A stretch of 64,000 nucleotides of DNA from Octopus vulgaris (lineage: Eukaryota). Under the pieces are notes generated by a model. The model saw only the letters and a program-made list of their open reading frames with translations. It was not told the DNA's origin and made no database searches. Shown here in pieces: positions 50,069-63,254 of this stretch. The stretch spans positions 19,902,001 through 19,966,000 of the forward strand of contig OX597833.1 in assembly GCA_951406725.2 (NCBI GenBank). The letters run 5' to 3'. The position numbers and the translations under genes are program-made. The first letter of the stretch is position 1. Every line of letters begins with the position of its first letter.

Positions 50069-50771
50069 CTAAAGAATGGGAAAATGGAGGGGGAAAAAGT
50101 AATAAAAGAATAAACAGATATTTTGTTGATGTCATCCAAGTTTTTGATTTAGTCGATAATAAACACAAGTTAAAATTTTTTTAATTAAAACAGTTCTTTC
50201 AAATGGGTAATATATATATATATATAAAAAAAAAAAAGGTAATTTTTGTAAATGTTTCAAATACAAGTTTTCCAACTTAACATGCTAGATAATTAAATTG
50301 TATTTCTTTGGTCTACCTTAAGTCAGAGAATTAGCTCTACGACTGAAGTTGGCTAAGCTTCAACAACAATAAACATGTTTTTATGTAAGTCAAATTCTGG
50401 AGTAAGCTTGCATTGTCGTCACTCAACCTTCCCAAACAACTAAATCTCACCAAACTCCTTGTTGTTTTCTAAATTAGAACCAAAATTCTCAATCGCAAGA
50501 CAGAATGCATTACAATAAGTAAGGATTGAAACTGACAAAGGAGTTTCTACATGACCACTAGGCAAGCTAAAAATAGCAGCCAAATCTTCTTCAAATCACA
50601 TGATGCCATCTTAAATCAGTGCAAAAGACACAGCAGATAATGCAGTCCTACACATTCTAAAAAGATGGGATGATCACAACTGAGACACCTTTGATGACTG
50701 GTGAACTGGATCAGAATTGATTTGGGATTAACGCTTTAAGCATCCAGATTTCTCTGTCAAATGTTTTGAAT

Positions 50772-51002
50772 TTAACCCTTTAGCATTCAGACTTCTTTGT
50801 CAAATGTATTGCTTATTCATTCACATTGTTTTCAATTGATTACAGATTATCTTGTAGTCCCAAGATTTCAACGATATGTTTGTATGTTTTTAAAATGACA
50901 TTGTAGGGGAGACGTGCGAGAGGTTGGATTTGGTCGGTTTTAAGATAAAACTCCGTGGAATATTTGGGCCAGATATGGCCGGTTTAAATGCTAAAGGGTT
51001 AA
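50772..51002. mobile_element. piggyBac-type MITE
   Basis: TTAACCCTTTAGCATT ... AATGCTAAAGGGTTAA. Confidence 0.85.
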
Positions 51003-51143
51003 ACAACAGCCATAAAGAATGGCAACACTTATTACCAATTGAATAATATGCTTCAACTCAAATTGACAAAAAAAAAATCCTATAAGAATGACATATCTGG
51101 GCTGTTTAACCTACAGGCTCCTCTTAAGTTAGGGAGTATTCTA

Positions 51144-51284
51144 TAAGGTTGTCCCAAAAGTTCGTAGAAAGTCTTGGAAAATAATGGTCTTTATTTTGAG
51201 GAATATTTTTTGTTGTTTTTGTTAGTACTTGGCGAGTAAAAATTCAATTTTCGCAAGTGTTTACGAACTTTTGGGACAACCTAA
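51144..51284. mobile_element. mariner-type MITE
   Basis: TIRs AGGTTGTCCCAAAAGTTCGTA / TACGAACTTTTGGGACAACCT with TA flanks. Confidence 0.85.
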
Positions 51285-51380
51285 TATTTTAGCAAGAACA
51301 AAATTTTCATTCAGTTCTCCTGTCCCCAAGAATCTCTGATGATAGGGAGTTAGGATTCTAATTTCCCATCCTCACCATGT

Positions 51381-51609
51381 TTAACCCTTTCGTTACTGTA
51401 TTTATTTTGAGATGATCTGTGTTTCTCCCAATTATTTTAAATATAACAAAGAATTTAGTAAAATAACTTAGTTATCATTATGCTAGTGTTAGGAACAGTA
51501 TTTGTGACTAAGGTTTGGTGGAAGATGTAAATTAAAAACTTATGAAAACAAGACATTTGTACTACAGAGCCAGAGCCGGTTTCAGCCGGGTTGGTAACGA
51601 AAGGGTTAA
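51381..51609. mobile_element. piggyBac-type MITE, second family
   Basis: TTAACCCTTTCGTTAC ... GTAACGAAAGGGTTAA. Confidence 0.85.
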
Positions 51610-53709
51610 GGCTTATTTTAAACTTATCTCTCTTTCTGATTTTGTTATGTAGAAATAAAGTAAAACTCAAAATCCAAAGAGACTGGTAATGATCTGTGTC
51701 AAAAACAATTCACAAAAAAATATGTGTATATATATCTATGTGTGTGTGTCTTTGTAGCCCCCCCCCCATTCTTGTTTGACAACTGGTCAAATGAATGAAA
51801 CAAACAAGAGGTAAAAAACACAATGTTCATAGAAGTGTCTTGCTAAATTCAATTGTCAAGAGGAACAGAGAATAACATTTCAAGCTCTTGCCCTCCATTA
51901 AACTACCAGCTAGCTCTCAGTATATGACCTTGTTACAGCAATCCTAAATGATTTAATAACTTCCATCTCTAATTTAATTACATATAAATGATATGACCAG
52001 GCAACTGATGTACAATCCCCAGTGTTGTGTGTATGAGTGTAATTATAGGGACCAAGTTGTGCAAGGATATGTGCACAAAACCATAACAATATATTCAGTG
52101 CACTTGTATTTGCAGTAATTGCATGTGGGTGTATAAAGCATCTAAGCACTGACATTGGCATCATATAAGATCTTCACGTCTATGGTTTATAGATCAGCTC
52201 CCAGCATGATCACAGTTCAATGAGTGAAACTTGTAAAAGAATATGTGTATATCTGTATTTGCTCCATATATCCCTATTGGTCCAGATTCCTTTTCAATAT
52301 CTCAACTGCTTCAGATTGTTATCAAATCAAACATTAATTTCATGTGTGTGTGATCAACATGTAATGAATAAATCAAAATCCATAATCTAGACCTGACCAG
52401 TATAATAACAAATAGCTAATAAAACTTATTAAAATATATATCATATTTACTTGTATAGAAGTCTCACCCCTAATTTAATGCTAAATCTTGGTACAAAATT
52501 TTTTTCTCTTCATATTTGAACAGGATATCAGCTTTACTGTGTATAAGATACATCCCAGTTTTTACAATTAAAATCAAGTATAAAATCAAGCAACTTACAC
52601 ATAAATACAGTATTTATAAGAAAACTAAGAGACAAAAATGACATTGAATTGAGCAATCTGTTATATATACAGAACTGCAGAATGTAAGCCCTAAGGAAGT
52701 GTAAGGAGGATCTGTGAATCCTTTCTCATATGCCAGTCATAGCGATGTCATCCAGAATTATGAATAATAACTTTAACATAGGTACAAGCCCAGAAATTTG
52801 AGCAGCAGAGAGGGAAACAATTGATTACAACAACCCTGATACTTTATTTTATTGATTAATAATAGTAATTAAAAGAACTCTTTTTATTTGAAAATTTATT
52901 ATGGTTTGCAGCAGTTAATGTGCCATGTAGGTTTGGAAAGGAAGAATTTTGAAAAACCCAGGAAAATTCTTGGAATTGTCACAGCCTAGAGAGCAAAAAT
53001 ATAGTGGAAAGTAAAAACAAAAAAAAAAGGAACCAAACATGGTAAAAATAGCTTTGATATTCAAGAGAATCTTTGATTACTTTGTTTCTGTTACATGGAA
53101 TGTATGTGCAAATCCTTTAGATTGCATTTGCTTTTTATGTCATTGAATCTTAGCTAAGAAAGGAACAGTTATTCTTTGGTAAGTGATGATTATTAGTTTT
53201 GGTCTCAGTAGAAATAAACACACATTTGAAGTTAAAAGTTAATATGGAGGTAGCTTTAGAAAAAGAGTTATTTAAAGAAAATACCAAAATTTAACAATGT
53301 GGTAAAAAGAAAAAGAAAACAAAATGATATCAGCTAAAATGATGGTTGATATTTTCATGAAAGATCAGGTCAATATCCACTTCTAGAAATCAAAAACTCT
53401 ATTGCTCAATGATTGATTAGAAAGGCGATATAAAGACTGCAGAGATTTCATTAGCTTTTGAAAACAATTCAAAGTTTTTGATTAGTATATCACTTGAGGG
53501 AGTTTACTTTCAAGGTTTGTGTGTATGGTATTAATGGTTAAACCACTTTAATCAAATTGCATTAGTATTATTTTATGTTTCAGAGACATTTTATTTACAT
53601 TAAAACGTTTTTCTTTCTTTTTTTCCTTTTAAATAATTATCAGAAAGTGTTACTAAAATGTTCAGATAAACAAAAACTGTAGAGGTGTACCAGCTACACG
53701 TTTCCTTTC

Positions 53710-55740
53710 ATCATTTATGTCTGCTTTTCCATGTTTGCATGGGTTTCTTCAACCAGTCTTGCTAATTGTTATGCTTTTTCATCTTCATGAAACTCAAACT
53801 CCAAAGATCAGCTTTCATTACTTCCCACTTTCACAGATTCCTTCTACTTGGATTGCTTGGTACTTTTTGAAAAATTTATTTTTTACCCAACTGTTATCCT
53901 CCAAACAAATCACATGTCGGTATCAGTACAGTCTTCTCTCTTGCATGTTACATCTGATTCCATTTACACCAAATTTTTTCCTCTCAGCTTACTTGTGCTA
54001 CATCATACACACCGACGAACATTATACATCCACCCAAGACAGCAGTCTCAATTTCTTCACACATCTGCATTCAATGCTTACATTTTGTTACCATGTAACA
54101 TTGCATTTTTCACACAAGTTATCAAACAATTTTGGTGACACATTCCTCTTCTTGCCAGCAGAGATGATAGCTTCCTTATGTTCTACTAACATATTCTTAC
54201 ACTAGGTACTGTACATCCAGAAAAGTCCCTCCTTTGCTAATTGGGTCACAGAACCAGAAACTATCAATTACTTTTAAGGAGAGTTCAAAATATTTGAAAG
54301 AATATATTTCATAGATGCTCTGACTACTAGGCACTTCCATTTGTCTAGTGTATACAAAGCCCTAGTTGCCTGTCAGCCAGCAATCTCACTGCATCTCTTG
54401 TCCAAATGTGCATTTGGTACACAGTAGATAGCCCCTTCCTACATCTTTTCTGCATATTAAGCATGGCTACATTCCTGATGGTAGTTATGTTGTGTCTTTT
54501 TGTTAACTAAGACTTTTCTCTTTCTCGAGTTCACTTGAGGCCTCTTGTTTCTGGACATGGCATCTAAGTTTGCAATTTCTTCACAAATTCTTCAACAGAT
54601 TCAATCACTAGTCAGTCAGCAGTCAATTTTAAATTCTTCTGTCATAGTCAAGAAAATGAAGAAGTGGAAACTGAAAAGTGAACCTAAATGGACACCTGCT
54701 TGTATGCTAAATTCTTCATTGAAGTCATTGCTAACTCATATTGGTGATAGCATCTATGTACACACATTGCAAGGCTCTCACAAGCCTTTCTTCTACACCA
54801 TCGGACTATCAAAGGCCTTCTCCAAGTCAACAAATGCCGAGATTAGTCTCTCATTAGAAAGAGTATATCAGTGATATTCTGTCCTGGCACAAACCTGAAT
54901 TGGTTGTCTGTCCTATTTCCTGGTGAGTATGAAGTCTATATCGTTTGGTGGTTTGTGTGTTTACCTGACTGGTGGGTACTCAGGTACATAACCAGTTTCC
55001 TGAAGTTAGTGTTAGGTCATTTGTGTCAAAGATATCCCAAAGCTTTAATTCCTCCTCATTCTTTGTACCATATCCTTGGTCTCTATGTATGCTGGAGTAG
55101 CCATCATAGTGTTGTCCAACAAATTCATTAAAGTCACAATAATGAGGTAACTGTCATTTGTTGAGATAATCTGCAAGGGAGCCTCATATAAACAGTCCTA
55201 TTACTTATGGCAGTTCTGATTGTGATGAATATGCAGGAATAACAGTTACTGTCATGGAAGCTGTGTCTCAGCTTATTCATTGACACATACTCTAACTACC
55301 TTAATTACTTTATCCATGGCTGCTCCAATCACTTTAGTGTTGTTTCCCCAACAAGAAGAATTTGTACATGAATTTCTTGTTCATGGGGGTCTGACTTCCC
55401 TTCCATTTCACAGGGGTGAAATGGAGGGGAAGTCTACTAGTCTCTGTTCTAGCATCTCTACAATCTCTGCAGACCTACCTTTCATCATACCAACATTGAT
55501 GATGGCAACCCTGAAGTTTTGTACCTGACAGGAAGAAAGAAGTTTCTAGAGGTGACTGGATTGTGTTTGATGTGTTTTGTCTCTGAAAGGAAGAGAGTTG
55601 GTGCGATATTTTGATGACAGTCAAGCAGCTCTTGAACATGACCAGACATTCCCCCTGACAACCTCTCTACTTTCTAAGTATCGGTCCTTTACACACAATT
55701 AGGGTTTATCTTGGCTGGACACTCTTCCGGTTACTAACCA
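53710..55740 (-). mobile_element. Old decayed RTE LINE
   Basis: Minus strand AFVDLEKAFD at ~54805-54840, QFRFVPG at ~54880-54900, RTE-like 3' end at ~53710; the 5' boundary is uncertain. Confidence 0.7.
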
Positions 55741-55770
55741 CTTCAGAGAATGGACTGGAAACATCTACAC

Positions 55771-55971
55771 CAGTGCTTTTCAAACTTTTTGCTGGAGCGG
55801 AACCCCAAGGAAACATTCCACTGGCTCGAGGAACCCCTGTGCAATAATTTAATAGTCTTATACACACATATCTGCACAGGAGATTTAAAAATTACTGCCG
55901 ATTTTAGCATTTTTGTAACTTCTTGCAGAACCCCTGGACTGTACTAGCGGAACCCTGGTTGAAAACCACTG
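55771..55971. mobile_element. hAT-type MITE with perfect 8-bp TSD
   Basis: ATCTACAC|CAGTGCTTTTCAA ... TTGAAAACCACTG|ATCTACAC. Confidence 0.92.
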
Positions 55972-57548
55972 ATCTACACTATAGAGGTCATTTGTTAGGA
56001 CTAAAGCTTCCCTGCTGCCCCATGTCAACGTTTCTGCTCTTTTAGATGGTTGTTGCAATCAAAAGTATGCCTTCATCAATGTACTGACTAGTTACTTCTT
56101 ACAAGTATATTTTTTCATGGTTTTAAGGTGCATCAAAATACAGCAAGTCATGACACAGCTGCAAAATTACTTGGAGATTCCAAAACTCTCAACAGCTGAG
56201 TCTACCTTGTTGCACATAGGCACCATAAATATTTTACTGAATTAAGAAATAAATCAGTTTAAAAAGATACATTTAATCTCCTTGCTCTTCCTTTTATCAC
56301 CCATATTGTGTCCAACCCTTCCAGGCTCAACACTAACCCCTGCATTTAACCCTTCTCTACCAAGGACACCAGTCACTTGTTCCATCCACTGTTTTTTTCC
56401 TGCAGGTGTCAACTTGCAATTCTTCAAGAACATCAACTGCATTGACCTCACAAATAGTAGAGGGTCTGTCAAGGCCATGGATATAGCTTCACCCACCACA
56501 AAATCATTACAAAGACAACAAAAAAGCTAACACTACACAAAGCAATCTATTTGATGTAAAAATATACTTAGGAGACCTAATTTTATAACCACTTTATAAG
56601 AATTCTTTGAGCTAAACAAGAATGACATAAAGAGGCTTCAGTTCTGCTCAACTGAATAATTTACAGCATTAGAAAGTAAAGAGATGAACTTTACTTACTG
56701 TCCATAATTAAACCAAACGATTCTTTAGTGCTAAGTCACATTAGTGTCGACAACCAGATTGACTGAGGTATACATGTCAAAACTGATTTTCTCTTAGATT
56801 AACAGGGCCCATTATAATTAATGGTAATTAGTATTACATGTACCATGTACTAGAGACTGAATAAAGAAACAGGGACACTAATAGGTCATAACCCACATAT
56901 TTAACACTTGCTGCATGACCATGCAACCGAGTATACCATAGAGTACCTGCCTAGACCTTTTTGACATAATTTACATTAAAATTTTAGCATATATCAATAC
57001 ACTATAATTATTTTTAAGTCCTTAATTATTTCATTATTTTGATAAATTCACTAAGCTGAAAAGTTTACCTCATATGTGTATTTGAGTGTTTTCTTTGGAA
57101 CAAAAAGCTAATCAGCCGTTAACAATATCAGGTTTCTAATTAACACAATACTTGGAAATTAATGTCTTCCGTAGTGTTTTTACTGATTAAAGAGACATAT
57201 TTTTCTCTCATTTCATTGAAAACAATCATTTACAGAACAACAATTCTAAGCTATTTATTGAATCTAGAGAGAAATGGAGACAAAAAAAAATAACTTGAAT
57301 TGTCATCTAATAAGATCAAATCTAACATTGTTTCTTTGGAGTCCCATGCTGTATAACAAAGTTAAAATATATCAAAGGTTATTTTTCAGTATGTTTTAAG
57401 ATTATTGTATTATTTAATATTTAATTGAAAACATAAAAATACAAATATATAAAAATAAAAAAAATCATTTGTTTAGGTTATTTTTACAGCTTTCTCTGCA
57501 AATATGTGCAAAAGAAAAGAAAAAAAGAGCCAAGTGAAACAGACTTAC

Positions 57549-57905
57549 CGGTGCTATAGCTTCAGATACAGCAGGAAGCATTCTGGTGATCTCTGACTTA
57601 GCTACAGCACGGGTTGTTGGTAGGCTCAAGTCGTCTTCAGCATCTGTGAAGTCATCTCCACTATCAAGCATCAATCCATCATTCTGTCCCAGTAAACTGT
57701 CACTTTGTCCAAGTAGGACTGGATCTGCTAAGTTATGATAATCCGTGTCTGGGTCTAAATTTGGGTCGGTTTCATGATCTAAGTGGCTGTTAATTTTGCT
57801 CAGCAAAGATGGACCAAGGTCAGGGCTGGATGAAGGAGAGTTGTTTGGTGGATTACACTCTTTCTCCCTGCTGCTAGAACTGTCACTGCTGGAGACAGAT
57901 GCCAT
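57549..57905 (-). CDS. ADIPOR: AdipoR coding exon 1 (Ser/Asp-rich N-terminus)
   Basis: ACAGCCATGG start context, 357 nt open, CCG|gtaagt donor in phase 0 matching exon 2. Assigned by splice phase and position, not by motif. Confidence 0.8.
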
Positions 57906-58208
57906 GGCTGTCTTCTGGTATAAAGTGACCTATGAAGCAAATGATTCTTCTATCCACAAGTTGTATGCTGTACTTCTTATCCAAGACAGAATTTGTCTAC
58001 GCTCATGGCTTCATAATAAGTAGGCATGAATTCTTTAAAAGCAACAGTCAAAATATTTCTAAGCAAGTGCACCATATAGCACCATCTGCTTAGATTGCAA
58101 ATTTATAATAAATTGCAGATTCTTTTATTTATTATTTTTTTTTATCGGCAATACAAAAATGAAGCCCAAAGTTTAATTGTTAATCCAGTATGGCATTCCG
58201 ATTTGAAC
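57906..58208 (-). other. ADIPOR: Putative 5'UTR part of the first coding exon
   Basis: T-rich tract + tttcaag acceptor at 58209-58210, implying an upstream non-coding exon. Confidence 0.5.
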
Positions 58209-59062
58209 CTTGAAATAAAAAAAACAAAAAAAACCGGTTAATTTAAACAAATCAATTATAATCACCAACAGTTTAACAACTCTTTTATAATACAGCACTT
58301 AATTCAGTATCACACCTGTGAAGTATGATGCTCACAAGTCTACCTGTCTTTACTTCCACCTATATCTTTCCTGCTTATCCCCTCTGCCTTGGGTACTTTC
58401 AGTAAGTGTAGCACACCACTTTGTTTTTGTGTCCCTGACATGCATTATTCATACCAATCCATTTGCATCACATACCAATTTCAAATTTTGCCACAAGGCC
58501 AGCAGTTTCGGAGAAAAATAATCAAACTTTAAACATTTTCTTACTGGAACAAGCAAACATCAAATTTAGCATAAAAAATTACACCAATATACCAAATTTG
58601 AAAATTTACACTTAATCTTAAAATTTCAAAAAGTGAAAGCCAAGAAGAAAAGACCCTTATAAACCACAAAAGGGGTGAAAGGCAAAGTCAGCCTCACCAG
58701 AATTTGAACTGAGAACATAAAGACAGATGAAATGCCACTAAATATTTTTTCCCCACATGCGAACGATTCTACCAGTTCACCATCTTTCCATTTGTATCAC
58801 ACATTCTCACTCATATAGTCATCTCTGTTGCACTCAATATTTCTCTCAAGTTAACATTAAGAAGTCCAATAGATAAATCTCATCTCAATAATTTGCTGCA
58901 AATTGTTGGAATTTATAAATTTATAGGAAACATTGGTAATATCAATGATAAAGAAATTTATTTATGTGAGCTAATGAAATTACTCGCCTCACAAGTAAAA
59001 ACAAATTGTGGTGAAAACGATGTTAAAAAAACATTATACTAATCTATATACTACATCAACAT

Positions 59063-59370
59063 AGCTGTGTGGTGGTAAGAAGTTTGCTTCCCAACTACAT
59101 AGTTCCAGGTTCAGTCCCACAGTGTGGCATCTTTGACAAGTGTCTTTGATTGTAGCAATGGCTCCCAACCTGTGGTCTACAAAGATGGTACTGGGGGTCT
59201 GTGGATATGTTAAGCTGACAGACCTTTCAATATCCTGGGGTCTGTGGGAAAACTCATTTCGATAAAAAGGGTCTTTGGTAGTGAAAAGGTTGGGAACCAC
59301 TGTATTATAGCCTCAGGCTGACCAAAGCCCTGTGAGTGGATTTGATAGAGAGAAACTGAAGGAAGCACTT
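59063..59370 (+). mobile_element. SINE family A 5' half with a nested hAT MITE (59156-59302)
   Basis: TIRs CAATGGCTCCCAACC / GGTTGGGAACCACTG; degenerate 8-bp TSD gattgtag / tattatag. Confidence 0.8.
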
Positions 59371-59429
59371 TGTATATGTATGTATACATATACATACACA
59401 TACATATATATATATATACATACATACAT

Positions 59430-60035
59430 GTACATACCTATACATCTACACACACACACACACACACATACATACCTATACATCTACACACACACACATA
59501 CATACCTATACATCTACACACACACACATACATACCTATACATCTACACACACACATACATACCTATACATCTACACACACACATACATACCTATACATC
59601 TACACACACACATACATACCTATACATCTACACACACACATACATACCTATACATCTACACACACACATACATACCTATACATCTACACACACACATACA
59701 TACCTATACATCTACACACACACATACATACCTATACATCTACACACACACACACATACCTATACATCTACACACACACACACACATACCTATACATCTA
59801 CACACACACACACACATACCTATACATCTACACACACACACACATACCTATACATCTACACACACACACACACATACATACCTATACATCTACACACACA
59901 CACACACATACATACCTATACATCTACACACACACACATACATACCTATACATCTACACACACACACACACATACATACCTATACATCTACACACACACA
60001 CACACACACACATACATACCTATACATCTACACAC

Positions 60036-60050
<15 letters not shown>
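59430..60050. repeat. Minisatellite built from (CA)n + TACATACCTATACATCTA, about 20 units
   Basis: Direct inspection. Confidence 0.95.
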
Positions 60051-60069
<19 letters not shown>

Positions 60070-60838
60070 TTTATATACATCTACATATGTGGGAAATTCT
60101 GTTTGTGGGTGTGCTTGTGAAGTTGTAGATGGCTAAAAATATTGATAATAGGGCCCTCGGAAGGAATACTTATATATATCTAATATATTTCATATTATCA
60201 GCCAAGGGAAATAAACCATTCATTTTCCTAAATCATTTGGTATAAATCAAATTGATTATGCTTATTTCTCAGCATTTGAAATGTTAGAGCTATTTTTGCA
60301 ATTTATCCAGTACAACTCTTAAACAAGTACAGTATTTTACTAAACAATAGCTCCACTTATTTCAGTTAGTGACTTATTCACGAATATACCAACACTAGCA
60401 GCGCTGAGGGTAATACTCTCTGGGAATGCACAAAAGCCCTTTTTCAGAGTAATTTACTTTGAATTGTTATCTCATATCTGATTAGCCTGTTATTATGTAA
60501 CATGCTTCATGATTTTAGTATACTAACATTATTAGTATTTCCTTCAAAGATCTATATACTCTGGGAATGCATTAAAGCCCTTTTCGGGCCTACTTTATTT
60601 GAATTCTTACTCTCAGGTAACTAATTTCATATTATTACAATTTGGGTATTCATAACATACTGGGAATTCTTAAAAACAATATCCTGTACAAGACAGTTCA
60701 GTATTCTCTGTAAATGCAAAAAAAACCCAAAAAAACGTTTTAAGGATTACATGGTTTGTATTATTGGATTAGTGAAACCATTATGAGAATAGAACCAAGG
60801 ACTAAGCAGCACTTTCCCAGGAATAACCGGGTATATCA

Positions 60839-60883
<45 letters not shown>

Positions 60884-60945
60884 GACATAGATACACAAAG
60901 ACATACATACATATATACACATATACATATGCATACATATATATA

Positions 60946-62066
60946 TCATCATTTAACGTTTGTTTTCCGTGCTAGCACGGGTTGGACAGTTCGACCAGGG
61001 TCTGGGAGGCCAGGAAGCTGCACCAGGCTCCAATCTGATCTGGCAGTGTTTCTACAGCTGGATGCCCTTCCTAACACCAACCACTCCGTGAATGTAGTGG
61101 GTGCTTTTTACGTGCCATGGGCACAGGTGCCAGGAGAGGCTGGCAGGGTCCATGACTGGTTGGTGCTTTTTACATGCCACCGGCACAGGTATCACAACTA
61201 CAATTTCCATTTGATATTTATTTTGATGTTGATGTACTTGACTCAATAGGTCTGCTCAAGCACATCAGGTCACATGTCACCGGCACAGAAGCCAATCAAA
61301 GCGGCACTGGCATCGGCCACGTTTGGATGGTGCTTTTTATGTGCCACCGGCACAGGTATCACAACTACAATTTCCATTTGATATTTATTTTGATGTTGAT
61401 GTACTTGACTCAATAGGTCTCAAGCACACCAGGTCACCCTACAACCCAAGGTAAGCACAGCAGGTCGTTCTGCAATCCAAGGTACTTTGGATGGGCTGGG
61501 GCTATGCGAAACTGGCGCAAGAAACAGCCATGAACTCACATTGTGTCAGGTCTTTGCAGTCACAGCATATCTCCAGAGATCTCGGTCTTTCGTCATTGCC
61601 TCTGTGAGGCCCAACGTTTGAAGGTCTTGCTTGACCACCTCATCCCATGTCTTCCTGGGTCTACCTCTACCCCAGATTCCTTCAACTGTTTGGGAGTGGC
61701 ACTTCTTCACACATCTCTCCTCATCCATCTGCAGTACATGACCATACTAGCGCAAATGTCTCTCTTGCACACCATATCTGATGCTTCTTATGTCCAGCAT
61801 TTCTCTCAGGGCGCTTACACTCTGCCATGTGTGCACACTGACATTACACAACCAGCGGATCATGCTAGCTTCATTTCTTTCAAGCCTACGCATGTCCTCT
61901 GCAGTCACAGCCCATGTTTTACTACTGTGAAGCATGGCAGTTCATACACATGCATCGTAAATCTCCCTTTCACTCTGAGCAAGAGACCCTTTGCCATAGT
62001 AGGGATAGAAGCTCTTTAAACTTTGCCCAGGCTATTCATATTCTAGTGGTGACACTCTCTGAGCAT
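60946..62066 (-). mobile_element. RTE LINE 3' portion with an internal 3'UTR duplication
   Basis: Matches 2553-3595; ~61150-61265 is repeated at ~61320-61430. Confidence 0.9.
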
Positions 62067-62578
62067 ATATATACACATGTATATACATACATACATATAT
62101 ACACATGTATATACATATGTATATACATACATACGTACATATATACATACGTATGTATGTACATATATACATACGTATGTACATATATAGATACGTATGT
62201 ACATATATAGATACGTACATACATATATAGATACGTATGTACATATATAGATACGTACATACATACATATGTATGTACATATATACATATGTATGTACAT
62301 ATATGCATATGTATGTACATATATGCATATGTATGTACATATATGCATATGTATGTACATATATGCATATGTATGTACATATATGCATATGTATGTACAT
62401 ATATGCATATGTATGTACATATATGCATATATACATAAATATATACATATATACATAAATATATACATACATATATATACATAAATATATACATACATAT
62501 ATATACATAAATATATATATACATACATATATATACATATACATAAATATATATATACATACATATATACATATACAT

Positions 62579-62609
<31 letters not shown>

Positions 62610-62625
62610 CACACACATATGTATA
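62066..62625. repeat. TACA/TATG-rich microsatellite with 20-bp periodicity
   Basis: ATATGCATATGTATGTACAT repeats. Confidence 0.95.
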
Positions 62626-63254
62626 TGGTGGCTGCCCCCTCGCTATCGAGTATGGCCATTGCATCAAGCTTAATCAATGTTGTTATCGTGCAATGCCTGT
62701 GCAAGAAGATTTTTTTTGTAAAGTGAGGAAAGGCTGTGCACTGAGTCAATCCCACTCACTAAGCAACAGTAGCCATAATCCGAAAAGAAGAACAAGTCAA
62801 CATCATCGGTAACCACTGAGCCGCAGGTTTTATGTCGGAGTTATCCCAGATATCTTCTCCAAGAAGGATGCCCTAACAAAAGCTAGGAGTCCTTCACTCC
62901 CAATGGTTTAACCGCGCAATCGAGTATTCAGTCCGATTATTTCTATGTTCCTGCGCATGATACATCCTTAAGATATATATTGGATGGTCGTTGACTCCCA
63001 AGAGTTCCTCCGCCCTTTGACGGGTTTTGTTTACATCCTGCAGGGTGTCCAATAAACACCCCCCCGCACGAAGCAAGCTTGGTGGGGTTGCCGGTTTAGT
63101 CGCTGACGACTCGACCATGCAACTGGTTGTACTGGGTTACATGTTACCAGTAGCACTCAAAAGTGACCTGACACATATGTATATATATACATATTTATAT
63201 ATATACATACATACATATATATACATATTTATATACATATATATATTTTTTTTC

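Noticed and set aside
60800-60840. Additional hammerhead on the minus strand (CUGAUAUA...GAAAGUGCUG)
   Set aside because: No 3-8 pair, G at the cleavage position, and the stem I 5' strand is missing.
59332-62755. Long Y/I/H/T/M-rich ORFs (also 15529-15949)
   Set aside because: They are translations of TA/CA microsatellites, open in several frames on both strands.
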